Assembly: GCF_000010625.1 (NCBI RefSeq)
Contig: NC_010296.1
Location: 2,760,001 to 2,792,000, forward strand
Origin: Microcystis aeruginosa NIES-843
Lineage (GTDB): Bacteria > Cyanobacteriota > Cyanobacteriia > Cyanobacteriales > Microcystaceae
DNA length: 32,000 nt
Reading direction: 5' to 3'
Shown here: one piece after another, positions 15,643-26,060 of the stretch
Position numbering within the stretch: position 1 is the stretch's first letter
Layout of the letters: every line of letters starts with the position of its first letter
Made by a program: the position numbers and the translations under genes
The notes under the pieces: generated by a model
Seen by the model: the letters and a program-made list of their open reading frames with translations, nothing else
Databases searched by the model: none
Told to the model about the DNA's origin: nothing

Positions 15643-16030
15643 TGGAGCCGAGCAGAGTCGAACTGCTGTCCAAATTAGGTATTGACTGTCCGTTCATTCA
15701 CAGGTTTAGTTTCGATTACCCTCGAAACGGGGACTGTCACTTATCCCGGACAGTGGGATGCTCTAGTTAAAGCTTAGACGGTTAACTAACTAGAGAAAGT
15801 TAAACGTGGCATCCGTTGGGGGTTTATCCATAGTCCTTAACGGAGTCAAACCATGAATGCTCGAGTCGATTAGAGACTATTAGGCAGCTACAGGAGCGGC
15901 TTTACGAGCGAAAGGAACGATGTTGTTCGCATTTACTTTTTGTTTGAGCCTTTGATTTACGAGAGGAGACTCACTCTCGACCTGTATCACGGGGGAGCTT
16001 TCGCTAACCTGTCGAAACCGTTACGGCCCC
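15643..16030 (-). ncRNA. ssrA: tmRNA (SsrA), one-piece, 388 nt, CCA not encoded
   Basis: - 5' GGGGCCG pairs with 3' CGGCTCC, including the G3:U alanine identity pair.
- The T-arm is GCAGTTCGACTCTGC.
- The tag reading frame is at 15880-15930: GCG AAC AAC ... = ANNIVPFARKAAPVAA, then TAA TAG. Confidence 0.92.
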
Positions 16031-16046
16031 TTGTGCTTACATTCTG

Positions 16047-16052
16047 ATTATA
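16047..16052 (-). promoter_or_regulatory. Candidate -10 box (TATAAT) for ssrA
   Basis: Perfect TATAAT on the minus strand, ending 16 nt upstream of the mature 5' end. The -35 is poor (TTAGCT). Confidence 0.4.
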
Positions 16053-16702
16053 GCATATTTTTTGATTAAGCTAATTTCCGATTTTCCCAAGGGTTAGAGC
16101 CAGGCTAGATCGGTAAAAAAGGGGTTTTATCGCTGATTTTTCCGCAATAGCATCGGTATCAAAGAGATAAGCCATCAGGTTCTCTCGTCCAAGATATTAT
16201 CCAGTTCTTCGGCTAATTCTTCTGAATCTTCCCAATTTTCGGTTAAATTCCCTAACCCTCCCCTAATTATTGATTGCCTCGGTTTGAATGGCCACCTATC
16301 AACAATCTATCTCCATACCACAATTTAGCCATTTTGTCAAAAAAAATTTGACTTTGCAACAAAACTACACAAAAATTAGATCAACGTTGTTCGGAAAAAA
16401 AGGGAGAATTGGCGGAACTGTTTGGTTTTGCCCAAGGGAAAAGTCTAGATTTAGCAAGGGTTTTAAGACAACCCAGATCATTAAAACCCTAAAAATTACA
16501 ATAAGAGGCATCATAGCATAATGCAAAATCATACCAGAATCGCTGGAAGTATTGCAACCTCGTAAATAAATAAAAATTATTCTCAATAAATTCTTAAGTA
16601 AAAATAAATATTACCGATTGTAAATTTAAATATTTTTAAGCATTGAAGCTATTTACATATAAAATACTTATCATTTTTCCTGATTGCCTCTGACTGGAAA
16701 GA

Positions 16703-16740
16703 GGGTGTGGGGTGTGGGGTGTGGGGTGTGGGGTGTAGGG
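16703..16740 (+). repeat. Orphan heptamer array (GGGTGTG)x4 GGGTGTA GGG
   Basis: Read directly. It has the same units as the core of the three heptamer-array MITEs but lacks their termini. Confidence 0.9.
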
Positions 16741-16917
16741 AAGGAAACCTCTTTCATCTGTGGGGGTGAAAATTTTTTCATCGGGACTGACTTGAAAGAG
16801 GCGGTCGGCAGGGGGCAGGAGGGAAAAGTACCGTTTTGGGGAGTCAGTCGTCGATAACAAACTAGGCTACACTCTATGGGAGAAACCCGATGACTAACTT
16901 GATTATTTCGCAAAAAT

Positions 16918-18597
16918 ATGGCTAAAAAGCTCGATTTTGTTATTCCCGCCGTCGGTGGAGTCACAGGAGCCAATTTATCTGCTTGTCTGGGAAATATTGG
17001 CTTAGTCGGCGGATTTGGCGGTATAAGCGTCGGTTTAGTGGGAATGACGGGGATTGGCATCCTGACAAGTTCGGCAATTTATGCCAGTCTGCAAGGACTA
17101 GAAACAAACGATCACAATGTCGGGTTAGCTTTGGGAATAGGAAGCCTTGGCGGAATCGGTATCTACTCTACCTTTGGGGGTGTGGGAGTCGCAGTTAAAG
17201 GTACAGCTTTCGGTGTTGGTGTTGGTTCTATGGCAATCGCTGGCGGCCTAGTCGGGTTAGGAATCTACGGAGTGATGAAAATGTTATCTCCCACCTACTC
17301 CGACAATAATTTTTATAGGAATCTAGAATTTTTTGATCGCATTACTAGAGAGTACGAAGAAGCTTTATTTTGGCAAGAAGTTACGGGGAAATATGAAAAT
17401 CTAGAAGCAGAATTACAGCAACTGTTAGAAGAAGTATCTGTTCAGGAAAATCAACAGTTAGATTCTACAGAAATTACTATTCCAGAGCGTTTATCTTGGC
17501 AGTGTTTCCAAACTCTTAAAGGTCATCAGGCAAATATTGGGGCGATCGATGTTAGTCCTGATGGTAAAATTATCGCTAGTGCGGGAGAAGATCAAACCAT
17601 AAAACTTTGGCAGCGAGAAACGGGTAAATTAATTTATTCCTTTGTGGGAGTTAATGAACCGATCCAAACTCTGGCTATAAGTCCTAACGGTAAATCGATT
17701 ATTGCTGGTGGATTGGATGGCAGAATTAGTCAGTGGCAATTAGACACTAAGCAGTATAAAAGTAGTTTTTTCGCTCGTGTCAATGCTCCCCATAGCCACG
17801 ATGGTGTAATTTTACAATTAGCTTTTGCTGCCAATGAAAGATTTATTGTTAGTGCTAGTAATGACAAAACTCTGCGAATCTGGGGTTATCATACAGGAGA
17901 ATTAAAGCGAACTTTAATCGGTCATGAGGAGGCAGTTAATACCTGTGCTATTAGTCCCGATAGCCAAATTATTGCTAGTGGTAGTGATGATAAAACTATT
18001 AAATTATGGCGATTTGATAATAGTTATGCTTATCAAACTTTTATCGGTGACAGGGCAGCCGTTAACAGTTTAGCTTTTAGTAATGATGGTCAATATCTAA
18101 TTAGTGGCGGTAGTGATAAAACGATTAAAATCTGGGATATAAAGACAGGAGAAATTATTAAAAGTTGGCAGGCACACGAGCAGGCAATTATCAGTATTGC
18201 TATTAATCCTCATCGCCATCTAATTGCTAGTGCTTCCCGAACAGAAATTAAAATTTGGCAAGGACAAACAGGAGAATTAATTAAAATTTTACGGGGAACT
18301 GCTCCCTTAAAATTTAGTCCTGACGGTCACTTTTTAATTACAGGTAGTTATGGAGATAAGGTAAAAATATGGTCAGAAATGTTAGGAGAATTAGAAATAT
18401 TCCCCCCAGATTCCGACGATTGGTGGGAGGTTTTAGAAGTTTCTAAGAATGCCAGTTTTTCAGAAGTTAAGCAAAGATATTATCAGCTTGCTCGTCAGTA
18501 TCACCCCGATCACAATTCCTCCGTCATGGCGATTAAAATTATGCAAAAAATTAATCGAGCTTACGAGCGGTTTTTATTTTCTATCTCCCAACGGTAA
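16918..18597 (+). CDS. Multidomain protein: N-terminal glycine-zipper membrane region, coiled coil, 7 WD40 repeats, C-terminal J domain (559 aa)
   Basis: - aa 1-122 are Gly-rich and hydrophobic.
- Seven repeats end in WD-like dipeptides (LWQ, QWQ, IWG, LWR, IWD, IWQ, IWS) at 17497-18372.
- The J domain DWWEVLEV...YYQLARQYHPDHN lies at 18418-18594, with HPD at 18502-18510. Confidence 0.85.
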   Translation: MAKKLDFVIPAVGGVTGANLSACLGNIGLVGGFGGISVGLVGMTGIGILTSSAIYASLQGLETNDHNVGLALGIGSLGGIGIYSTFGGVGVAVKGTAFGVGVGSMAIAGGLVGLGIYGVMKMLSPTYSDNNFYRNLEFFDRITREYEEALFWQEVTGKYENLEAELQQLLEEVSVQENQQLDSTEITIPERLSWQCFQTLKGHQANIGAIDVSPDGKIIASAGEDQTIKLWQRETGKLIYSFVGVNEPIQTLAISPNGKSIIAGGLDGRISQWQLDTKQYKSSFFARVNAPHSHDGVILQLAFAANERFIVSASNDKTLRIWGYHTGELKRTLIGHEEAVNTCAISPDSQIIASGSDDKTIKLWRFDNSYAYQTFIGDRAAVNSLAFSNDGQYLISGGSDKTIKIWDIKTGEIIKSWQAHEQAIISIAINPHRHLIASASRTEIKIWQGQTGELIKILRGTAPLKFSPDGHFLITGSYGDKVKIWSEMLGELEIFPPDSDDWWEVLEVSKNASFSEVKQRYYQLARQYHPDHNSSVMAIKIMQKINRAYERFLFSISQR

Positions 18598-18670
18598 AAT
18601 TGTCAGCCTAGGGTCAAGTATTTAACTATCTTTCGATTCTCCCTTAATCCCCCCTTGATCCCCCCTTAAT

Positions 18671-18689
18671 CCCCCCTTGATAAGGGGGG
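18671..18689 (+). terminator. GC hairpin within a CCCCCCTT(A/G)AT tandem repeat, possible terminator of the WD40-J gene
   Basis: CCCCCCTT-GAT-AAGGGGGG, an 8-bp stem. There is no immediate T-tract, so the call is uncertain. Confidence 0.3.
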
Positions 18690-18781
18690 TATCTGATAAT
18701 TTTTAACGACTACCTACTTATCTCACCATTAAGATAAATGCTATAATTATTCGATTCAAGAGGCAAAAGTAAAACCAGAAA

Positions 18782-18811
18782 TATAGAGAGCTTAGTAACA
18801 AGCTCTCTATA
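18782..18811 (-). terminator. Rho-independent terminator of the HtrA-like gene
   Basis: Perfect 12-bp stem TATAGAGAGCTT / AAGCTCTCTATA with a 6-nt loop. On the minus strand it is followed by TTTCTGGTTTTACTTTT. Confidence 0.6.
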
Positions 18812-18843
18812 AAGTTTAGGTCTTCTACCACTTATCTTCCAGA

Positions 18844-20124
18844 CTAGGATTTGTTAGCAGTATTCAAGCTACCCACTTGAATATTCAGATTAATTTTTTG
18901 TCCTTCCCGGCTAATTTCTACGGGTAAATTATCGCCGATTTGAGTATTAGCAACAATTTCCTGAACCGCATCGGGATCGGTGACATTCTTACCACCTACA
19001 GATCTTAACACATCACCCGATCGCAATCCCGCTGCTGCGGCAGGAGAATCTCTCATCACCCGCACTAACAAGACACCAGAATCATCGGGGATAGTCCAAT
19101 TATCAGCCATAGGACTATCGGCTAATTGTTCTTTTACCTCCGGGGTTAACTGTACCATTTGAACACCGAGATAGGGATGTTCCACCTTACCCGTAGCGAT
19201 TAATTGTTCGGCGATTCTTTGGGCAGTCTTAATCGGAATAGCAAAACCTAAACCCTGGGCATTCTGAATGATAGCAGTGTTAACTCCGATGACTTCTCCG
19301 CGATCATTTAACAAAGGTCCGCCGGAATTTCCGGGGTTAATTGCCGCATCGGTTTGCAGGAAATCCACCCGTTTATCACTAGCACCAATTTGGGAGCCAT
19401 TGCGTTCCTTGGCACTAATAATCCCCGTGGTGACAGTGTTATCTAATCCCAAAGGATTGCCGATAGCGATCGCCCATTCTCCCACCTGTAAACTATCAGA
19501 ATTACCTAATTTAACCCTGGGTAAATTGCTCGCTTCCACCTGTACCACTGCCACATCAGTTAAAGGATCACTACCTAAAACTTTACCATCAATAGTGCGA
19601 CCATCTTTGAGGGTGACAGTCACCTTATCTGCTCCCTCGACAACGTGAGCATTGGTGATAATTTTACCGTCATTACTGATAATAAACCCCGAACCCGTAC
19701 CTCTTTGAACTTGTTTTTCTCCTCGCTCGGGTATTTGAGAACCGAAGAAGCGACGGAAAACAGGATCGTTAGCAAATTCCGAAAAATCACCGCCTCCATT
19801 GACTTCCCTAGAAGCATTAATTCTCACCACCGCCGGCCCCACTTCTTGCACCACAGAAGCGACAAAATTGGTGGGCATAACTAGGGTTGAGGGAGCGGCT
19901 GCGGCCGGTGTGGAGGGGCGAGGATTAGTGGCAGCGGGGGCAATATTTTGGGCTAATTCTAGAGGATTTTGACTGTAGGCGTAGGTGGCACCGATGCCTA
20001 ACCCGGCACCCAAAACCAGTAAAGAGGAATAGGCAAAAAGTTTTTTCATTGCAGAAGATTTGGAGCGTTTAGGATTGCCTTCGTTGCGCGGGGAGATATT
20101 ATCGTTAAAAATATTGCGAGTCAT
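18844..20124 (-). CDS. HtrA/Deg-family serine protease (trypsin-like domain plus PDZ), 426 aa
   Basis: TNAHVV (His), D in LTDVAVV, GNSGGPL (Ser) and a C-terminal PDZ (GLRSGDVL). A signal/TM segment is present. An alternative start is MKKLFAY at 20049. Confidence 0.9.
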   Translation of the reverse strand: MTRNIFNDNISPRNEGNPKRSKSSAMKKLFAYSSLLVLGAGLGIGATYAYSQNPLELAQNIAPAATNPRPSTPAAAAPSTLVMPTNFVASVVQEVGPAVVRINASREVNGGGDFSEFANDPVFRRFFGSQIPERGEKQVQRGTGSGFIISNDGKIITNAHVVEGADKVTVTLKDGRTIDGKVLGSDPLTDVAVVQVEASNLPRVKLGNSDSLQVGEWAIAIGNPLGLDNTVTTGIISAKERNGSQIGASDKRVDFLQTDAAINPGNSGGPLLNDRGEVIGVNTAIIQNAQGLGFAIPIKTAQRIAEQLIATGKVEHPYLGVQMVQLTPEVKEQLADSPMADNWTIPDDSGVLLVRVMRDSPAAAAGLRSGDVLRSVGGKNVTDPDAVQEIVANTQIGDNLPVEISREGQKINLNIQVGSLNTANKS

Positions 20125-20352
20125 AGTTTTTATTGTTTAACCATTCTGAGAAGGGAATAAAAGTCAGTCCTAATAATCGTGGGTGTGAGAGGAGTGTTTC
20201 GGAAAACGGCTTGGGACTGACTATCTCTAATTTAGGCAGGGGATATGAACTTACTGTGACGCAGACATGAACTTTTGATTGCAAGGTCATTATCCTAGTG
20301 GATAGACAGATAGAAAGATAGAGGGTGGTGATTCGGTAGTAGTGATGGCGGC

Positions 20353-20673
20353 TTAATCCTTTGCTTTGCTGTGCATTGTAGTCATGGATAAAATACCAAA
20401 AGGCTCCCCAACGTGATTCTTCATTTTGTTAGAGAAAGATAGACTCTCTCTCACCAGCCGAGAAATCCTTTGTCGAAAGGTATTATTTAATCTTTCAATA
20501 GGATTAGTTTGACCAGTTTCTTGACCGACTGGTCGATGACGTTTACTGGGAATTACTGTCTTATAGGACTCCCAAAAGTCTGTGTAAGTAACAGCACATT
20601 GTCGGTAAACACCGGGTAAACTGGCCCCAAAGTTTTTTGGCTGATTGACGACTCCTATCTCCGCGCATAGCAA
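20353..20673 (-). pseudogene. C-terminal fragment of an IS1-family transposase
   Basis: YTDFWESY...GQTNPIERLNNTFRQRISRLVRESLSFSNK matches the InsB-type C-terminal region. The N-terminal two thirds are absent. Confidence 0.7.
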
Positions 20674-21085
20674 CCAATAATACTAAATCCGTTGAGCATA
20701 ATGCTACTTATAAGGACAGGCAAAAGGGGGGGATAAATAATCAGTTTTTAATAACCCTATTTAGTATAATACCCGTCATAATGATGCTTTAAAACTGCCT
20801 CAATTTTAACAATTATTACCAGAAAAAAATTCTTGTTTAGTGATTACTCATGATCTAAAATGTACGGCTATTATGATCAATCAACTAGCAGAAAGAAGAA
20901 ATTTTCTCAAGTAATGGCAGAGATGGTTAATTACCCTTGCCCCCAAGGCGGGGGTGGGAGAGGGGGAGTAGGATGCCTGCCACGAATAAAGAAAATGGTA
21001 GAACCTGAGATGCCGCGATACGGAAAGACTTCACCCCCAAACCTTCTCACTCCCCTATACCTTTTAAATAGGGATAAAAAGCTAA

Positions 21086-21112
21086 ATAGAACAGACAAAA
21101 AGCCTGTTCTAT
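21086..21112 (-). terminator. Terminator candidate downstream of frr
   Basis: 9-bp stem ATAGAACAG / CTGTTCTAT with a 9-nt loop. On the minus strand it is followed by TTAGCTTTTTAT. Confidence 0.5.
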
Positions 21113-21130
21113 CCATGAGGAGAAAAAAAC

Positions 21131-22478
<1,348 letters not shown>

Positions 22479-22576
22479 TCACTCTTCCAGAGGGACGAGA
22501 AGTTAAACTTAATAAATCTTTTCGTTGGGAAATTGGTATTTAGTGATACCTTTGTTATTAAGGGAAGCTTAAGTCC

Positions 22577-22676
22577 CTAGGCAAAATTAATTACACATAT
22601 CTCACTAGCTCTTGTCTTTTGCCTTTTGCATGACTGCCTATCCTAACCAAGAAATTAATTTTGCACGACTACTTAG
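22577..22676 (+). mobile_element. Short (100 bp) member of the CTAAG..GCAAAATTAATT MITE-like family
   Basis: It shares both termini with 4067-4258 but has a different, shorter core. Confidence 0.45.
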
Positions 22677-22697
22677 TTTTATAGAGAATTAATAACC

Positions 22698-23279
22698 GTG
22701 GTCAGCGATCGATTACTATTGGTCAACAAAAGCAATCAAGGGGCTGCTAACATCGATACCTTTGATTGGGTGTATGGGTTTCAGGATGGAACTCGTCTGA
22801 TGGGAAAGGTTTGCGGTTACTTAGATCCCGATAGTAATCGTCTTCTCGATCCCGAAAACTGCAGCGCTATCTACCAGAATGCCCAGGGACAAGTCCTTAG
22901 TCGTTGGCAAGCTGGAGATTTTATCGCTTTTGAACTAACCACCACCGGGGAAGCTCTCTTGATCGTGGCTTCTAATGATAATTGTGTCAGTAATAGTCTC
23001 TGTTTGGTTTCGGGCATTAGTCGCAGCTGCGCCCAAGTTAGCGATGAAGGAAAATCCCTCGTCCGGGAGGTTTTTCAATACCCTGCTTGGTCTTTCCAGG
23101 GCGATAATAGCACTTCTAAGCCGGCTTTCAGTTGGAATTGTTCCGTATCTCCCTTTTTCCCCTTTGTTTCCCTGCGTTTTAATCTTCAGTCCACCAGCAG
23201 CAAAAAATTCTATCGTTGGACGGTTTCCCCCTATTTTCCCTTTTGTCCCCTCTTAGAAGTGGGAGAATCCCTTGCCTAA
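22698..23279 (+). CDS. Hypothetical protein (GTG start), 193 aa; 3' third of doubtful coding value
   Basis: ORF track only. From about 23140 the sequence is low-complexity pyrimidine-rich repeat (SPFFPF / SPYFPF). No family recognised. Confidence 0.4.
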   Translation: MVSDRLLLVNKSNQGAANIDTFDWVYGFQDGTRLMGKVCGYLDPDSNRLLDPENCSAIYQNAQGQVLSRWQAGDFIAFELTTTGEALLIVASNDNCVSNSLCLVSGISRSCAQVSDEGKSLVREVFQYPAWSFQGDNSTSKPAFSWNCSVSPFFPFVSLRFNLQSTSSKKFYRWTVSPYFPFCPLLEVGESLA

Positions 23280-23280
23280 T

Positions 23281-23499
23281 TAGGGTTTGCGGCAAAAAGT
23301 TTTTCGGTGGGGGCAGGGTGTGGGGTGTGGGGTGTAGGGTGTAGGGTTTTAGAGATTTTGAGGGGGTCAATTACCTAATTTTCAGGGAAAAAGTCCCTGA
23401 ATTTTCCACCCGATCACTCCGGGATACGGTACTTTTTGGTTTCCAAAAAGTCTAAAAGTCTTACCCAACAAGGTTTTTAGATTTATTGAGCAAGCCCTA
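23281..23499 (+). mobile_element. Heptamer-array MITE, copy 2 (body 23283-23497, TA at both ends)
   Basis: Fills the whole gap between two convergent stop codons (23277-79 and 23501-03). It contains (GGGTGTG)2(GGGTGTA)2 and the hairpin TTCAGGGA-AAAAG-TCCCTGAA at 23381-23401. Confidence 0.75.
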
Positions 23500-23500
23500 A

Positions 23501-23977
23501 TTAGCCTTCTCTATTCTTTTGCAAATAATCGACTAATGCCCATAATCCTAGGCGATAACTTTCGGCCCCAAAACCGCTAATCTGTCCGATGGCTATATCG
23601 GCAATGTAGGAATGATGACGAAAAGACTCGCGTTTGTAAATATTGCTTAAGTGTACTTCCACACAGGCCATTTTTGTGCCTAATAGTGCGTCGCGGATGG
23701 CGATACTGGTGTGAGTATAAGCTCCCGCATTAATCAAAATACCGTCATGCTGACCCCATGCTTGCTGAATCCAGTCCACTAATTGCCCTTCCTGATTGGA
23801 CTGGTGTGCGGTTAAATTCACCCCTAAACGGGTAGCTTCTTCGTTTAAAAACCGGTTAATCGCCTCTAAATTGACGTTACCGTAGAGATTCGGCTCTCTT
23901 TTCCCCAATAGGTTTAAATTCGGCCCGTGCAGAACCAGAATGCTTAGTTTATTCACAAATGTCCTCCCTATCACCAC
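23501..23977 (-). CDS. aroQ: Type II 3-dehydroquinate dehydratase, 158 aa
   Basis: [37 protein letters not shown] and [11 protein letters not shown] motifs. Confidence 0.9.
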   Translation of the reverse strand: MVIGRTFVNKLSILVLHGPNLNLLGKREPNLYGNVNLEAINRFLNEEATRLGVNLTAHQSNQEGQLVDWIQQAWGQHDGILINAGAYTHTSIAIRDALLGTKMACVEVHLSNIYKRESFRHHSYIADIAIGQISGFGAESYRLGLWALVDYLQKNREG

Positions 23978-23997
23978 GAGAATTAATCTTATCTCGA

Positions 23998-24462
23998 TCA
24001 GGGACTATTGCCGATCAACAACATTTTTGCCGCTACGGTAATCACCGCACCAATAGTAGCACTGAGCGCACCGACGATGATCGGCAGAATCAGACCTCGG
24101 AATCCCTGGAGGTCGGAAATAGCTTTAATCATGGTAGCCTGTTCACTTTCCACCTTTTCGAGTCGTTTATCCATCCCCCCGACTTTCTCGGTTAAAGCGA
24201 CCAATCCTATCGATTTAACTTGTTCGTTTTCCACCTTTTCCAGTCGTTTATCCATCCCTACGACTTTCTCGGTCAAAGTAGCTAATCCTATCTCTACTTT
24301 ATTTAATCTTTCATCGATTCTGTCAAAGCGCTCATCAATCTTGTCAAATTTTTGATTAACGTCCCTTTGTAGATTATCTATTTTTTGACTAACATCCTTA
24401 ACGCTGTCTTTGATATCCTTTAAGACAGTTTCTAGGGAATAAGTGACGGTTTCTCCGGACAT
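23998..24462 (-). CDS. Tail-anchored coiled-coil protein with an internal 27-aa tandem duplication, 154 aa
   Basis: Heptad-rich N-terminal region and a C-terminal TM helix ([27 protein letters not shown]). It lies 20 bp upstream of aroQ on the same strand. Loosely XhlA-like. Confidence 0.6.
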   Translation of the reverse strand: MSGETVTYSLETVLKDIKDSVKDVSQKIDNLQRDVNQKFDKIDERFDRIDERLNKVEIGLATLTEKVVGMDKRLEKVENEQVKSIGLVALTEKVGGMDKRLEKVESEQATMIKAISDLQGFRGLILPIIVGALSATIGAVITVAAKMLLIGNSP

Positions 24463-24655
24463 TCTGGTAAACTCCCCTTAGTTTTATCTTGATCCTTCTC
24501 CCATTCTCGCTTTATCGATGGGAGACTACCCTTTAATTATCACCCCAAAATATAGCCCCAGTGTTTGTTTCCCCAGCAGATACCGGCATCTGTCCCCTTT
24601 TGTCGATTAAATTTGTTAGATTTTGGAGGAGAAATGTTAACTTATTTTAAAATTT

Positions 24656-26038
24656 ATGCTGACCAGCACTGCTACCCATCCCGTCGGGGGAACAGATATC
24701 GATCGCTTTGATTGTCGTCAAGTTTGGTATCCTATCTACTACGTCAAAGATTTAGACAAAAAGCAGCCCCAACGCTTTACCCTACTAGAAGAGGATTTAG
24801 TGATTTGGTGGGACAAAAATCAGCAAGAATGGCGAGTTTTCGAGGATAAATGTCCCCATCGCCTCGCTCCTCTCTCAGAAGGTCGTCTTAACGAAAGCGG
24901 ACATCTAGAATGTCCCTATCACGGTTGGTCTTTTTCCGGAGGAGGAAACTGTGAATTTATTCCCCAACAACCGGAAAACAGTCAAGCTAACACCTCTCGA
25001 CGCGCTTGTGTGCGGTCTTTTCCCACGGCTATCCGTCAGGGATTATTATTCGTTTATGCGGGTAATCCCGAAAATGCTCCCCTGACTGCGATTCCAATTA
25101 TTGAACCCATGGAGGAGGATGCCGATGCTTGGATTTGTTTGGATACCTTTCGAGATCTACCCTACTCGGCCGTCACTTTAATCGAAAATATTATCGATTC
25201 TAGTCATGTTCCCTATACCCATCATCTCACCATCGGTAATCGGGCCAATGCCGCTCCTATGGAGTTAGAAATTATCGAGTCCAATCGTCAGGGATTTAAG
25301 GGAATTTGGCCCGAAGGACCGCGTAAAGGTAAATTAGGTCAACAATACAGCAATTTTATCGCCCCCGGATTCATTTACCACGATCTCACCTCGGAAAAGT
25401 TCGGACGGACTTTAACAGCTGTCTATGCAACTCCAATCCGTCAGGGAGAATGTCGTCTCTTTGCTCGTTTTCCCTTTAAATTTAACTCTAAACTGCCGAA
25501 ATTCTTCATTAAGCTTACCCCCACTTGGTATTCCCACATCAATCAAAACGCTATTCTTGAAGATGATCAGATTTTTCTCTACTATCAAGAGCGTTATCTG
25601 CAAGCTCAGGGGGATAGTCGGAATTTTAGTCAAGCTTGTTATCTCCCTACCAAAGCGGATTTATTCGTGTTTGAGTATCGCAATTGGGTTAATCAATACC
25701 AAGCTGATCCTTTCGCCGGTCAACCTTTTCCCCCCCGACAATCAAAAGAGATTCTCCTGGAACGCTATCACTCCCATACCAAAAATTGTGCTGTTTGTCA
25801 AGGGGCTTTAAAAAATATTAATCGTCTGCGGGGGTTAACATTAGCGATCGCTATTGTTCTTGGTCTATCTTTACCACTTTTAGCCCTAATTTTCGGTCAA
25901 TCGGCCCTCCTTCCCGTGACAGTGCTGACAGCATTAACTGTCCTTATGGTGGCAGTTTATTGGCGCTTGGGAGAACTGATAAAACAGTTTTATCAAGGAC
26001 GGGAACTATTGCCGAGAAATACCGGCAAAAAGCGATAA
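24656..26038 (+). CDS. Rieske [2Fe-2S] non-heme iron oxygenase of the PaO/Tic55 type, 460 aa
   Basis: Rieske CPHRLAPLS...CPYHGWSF, an iron site (SHVPYTHH), a C-terminal CAVC motif and two C-terminal TM helices. Confidence 0.85.
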   Translation: MLTSTATHPVGGTDIDRFDCRQVWYPIYYVKDLDKKQPQRFTLLEEDLVIWWDKNQQEWRVFEDKCPHRLAPLSEGRLNESGHLECPYHGWSFSGGGNCEFIPQQPENSQANTSRRACVRSFPTAIRQGLLFVYAGNPENAPLTAIPIIEPMEEDADAWICLDTFRDLPYSAVTLIENIIDSSHVPYTHHLTIGNRANAAPMELEIIESNRQGFKGIWPEGPRKGKLGQQYSNFIAPGFIYHDLTSEKFGRTLTAVYATPIRQGECRLFARFPFKFNSKLPKFFIKLTPTWYSHINQNAILEDDQIFLYYQERYLQAQGDSRNFSQACYLPTKADLFVFEYRNWVNQYQADPFAGQPFPPRQSKEILLERYHSHTKNCAVCQGALKNINRLRGLTLAIAIVLGLSLPLLALIFGQSALLPVTVLTALTVLMVAVYWRLGELIKQFYQGRELLPRNTGKKR

Positions 26039-26060
26039 AGCTGCCGAAAAAGAGCGGAAG

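Noticed and set aside
15643-16030. Whether the tmRNA is a permuted two-piece form, as in some cyanobacteria.
   Set aside because: The 5' acceptor half, tag ORF and 3' T-arm/acceptor half occur in the standard order on one strand.
16636-17060. Minus-strand ORFs of 74 and 129 aa containing PHTPHPTPHTPHP.
   Set aside because: The repetitive peptide is just the translated GGGTGTG heptamer array. The ORFs overlap the WD40-J gene start and have no start context.
19268-19648. Long antisense ORFs inside both HtrA genes (19268-19648 plus strand and 29698-30237 minus strand).
   Set aside because: These are shadow ORFs opposite strongly supported protease genes. They appear in both only because the paralogues share sequence.
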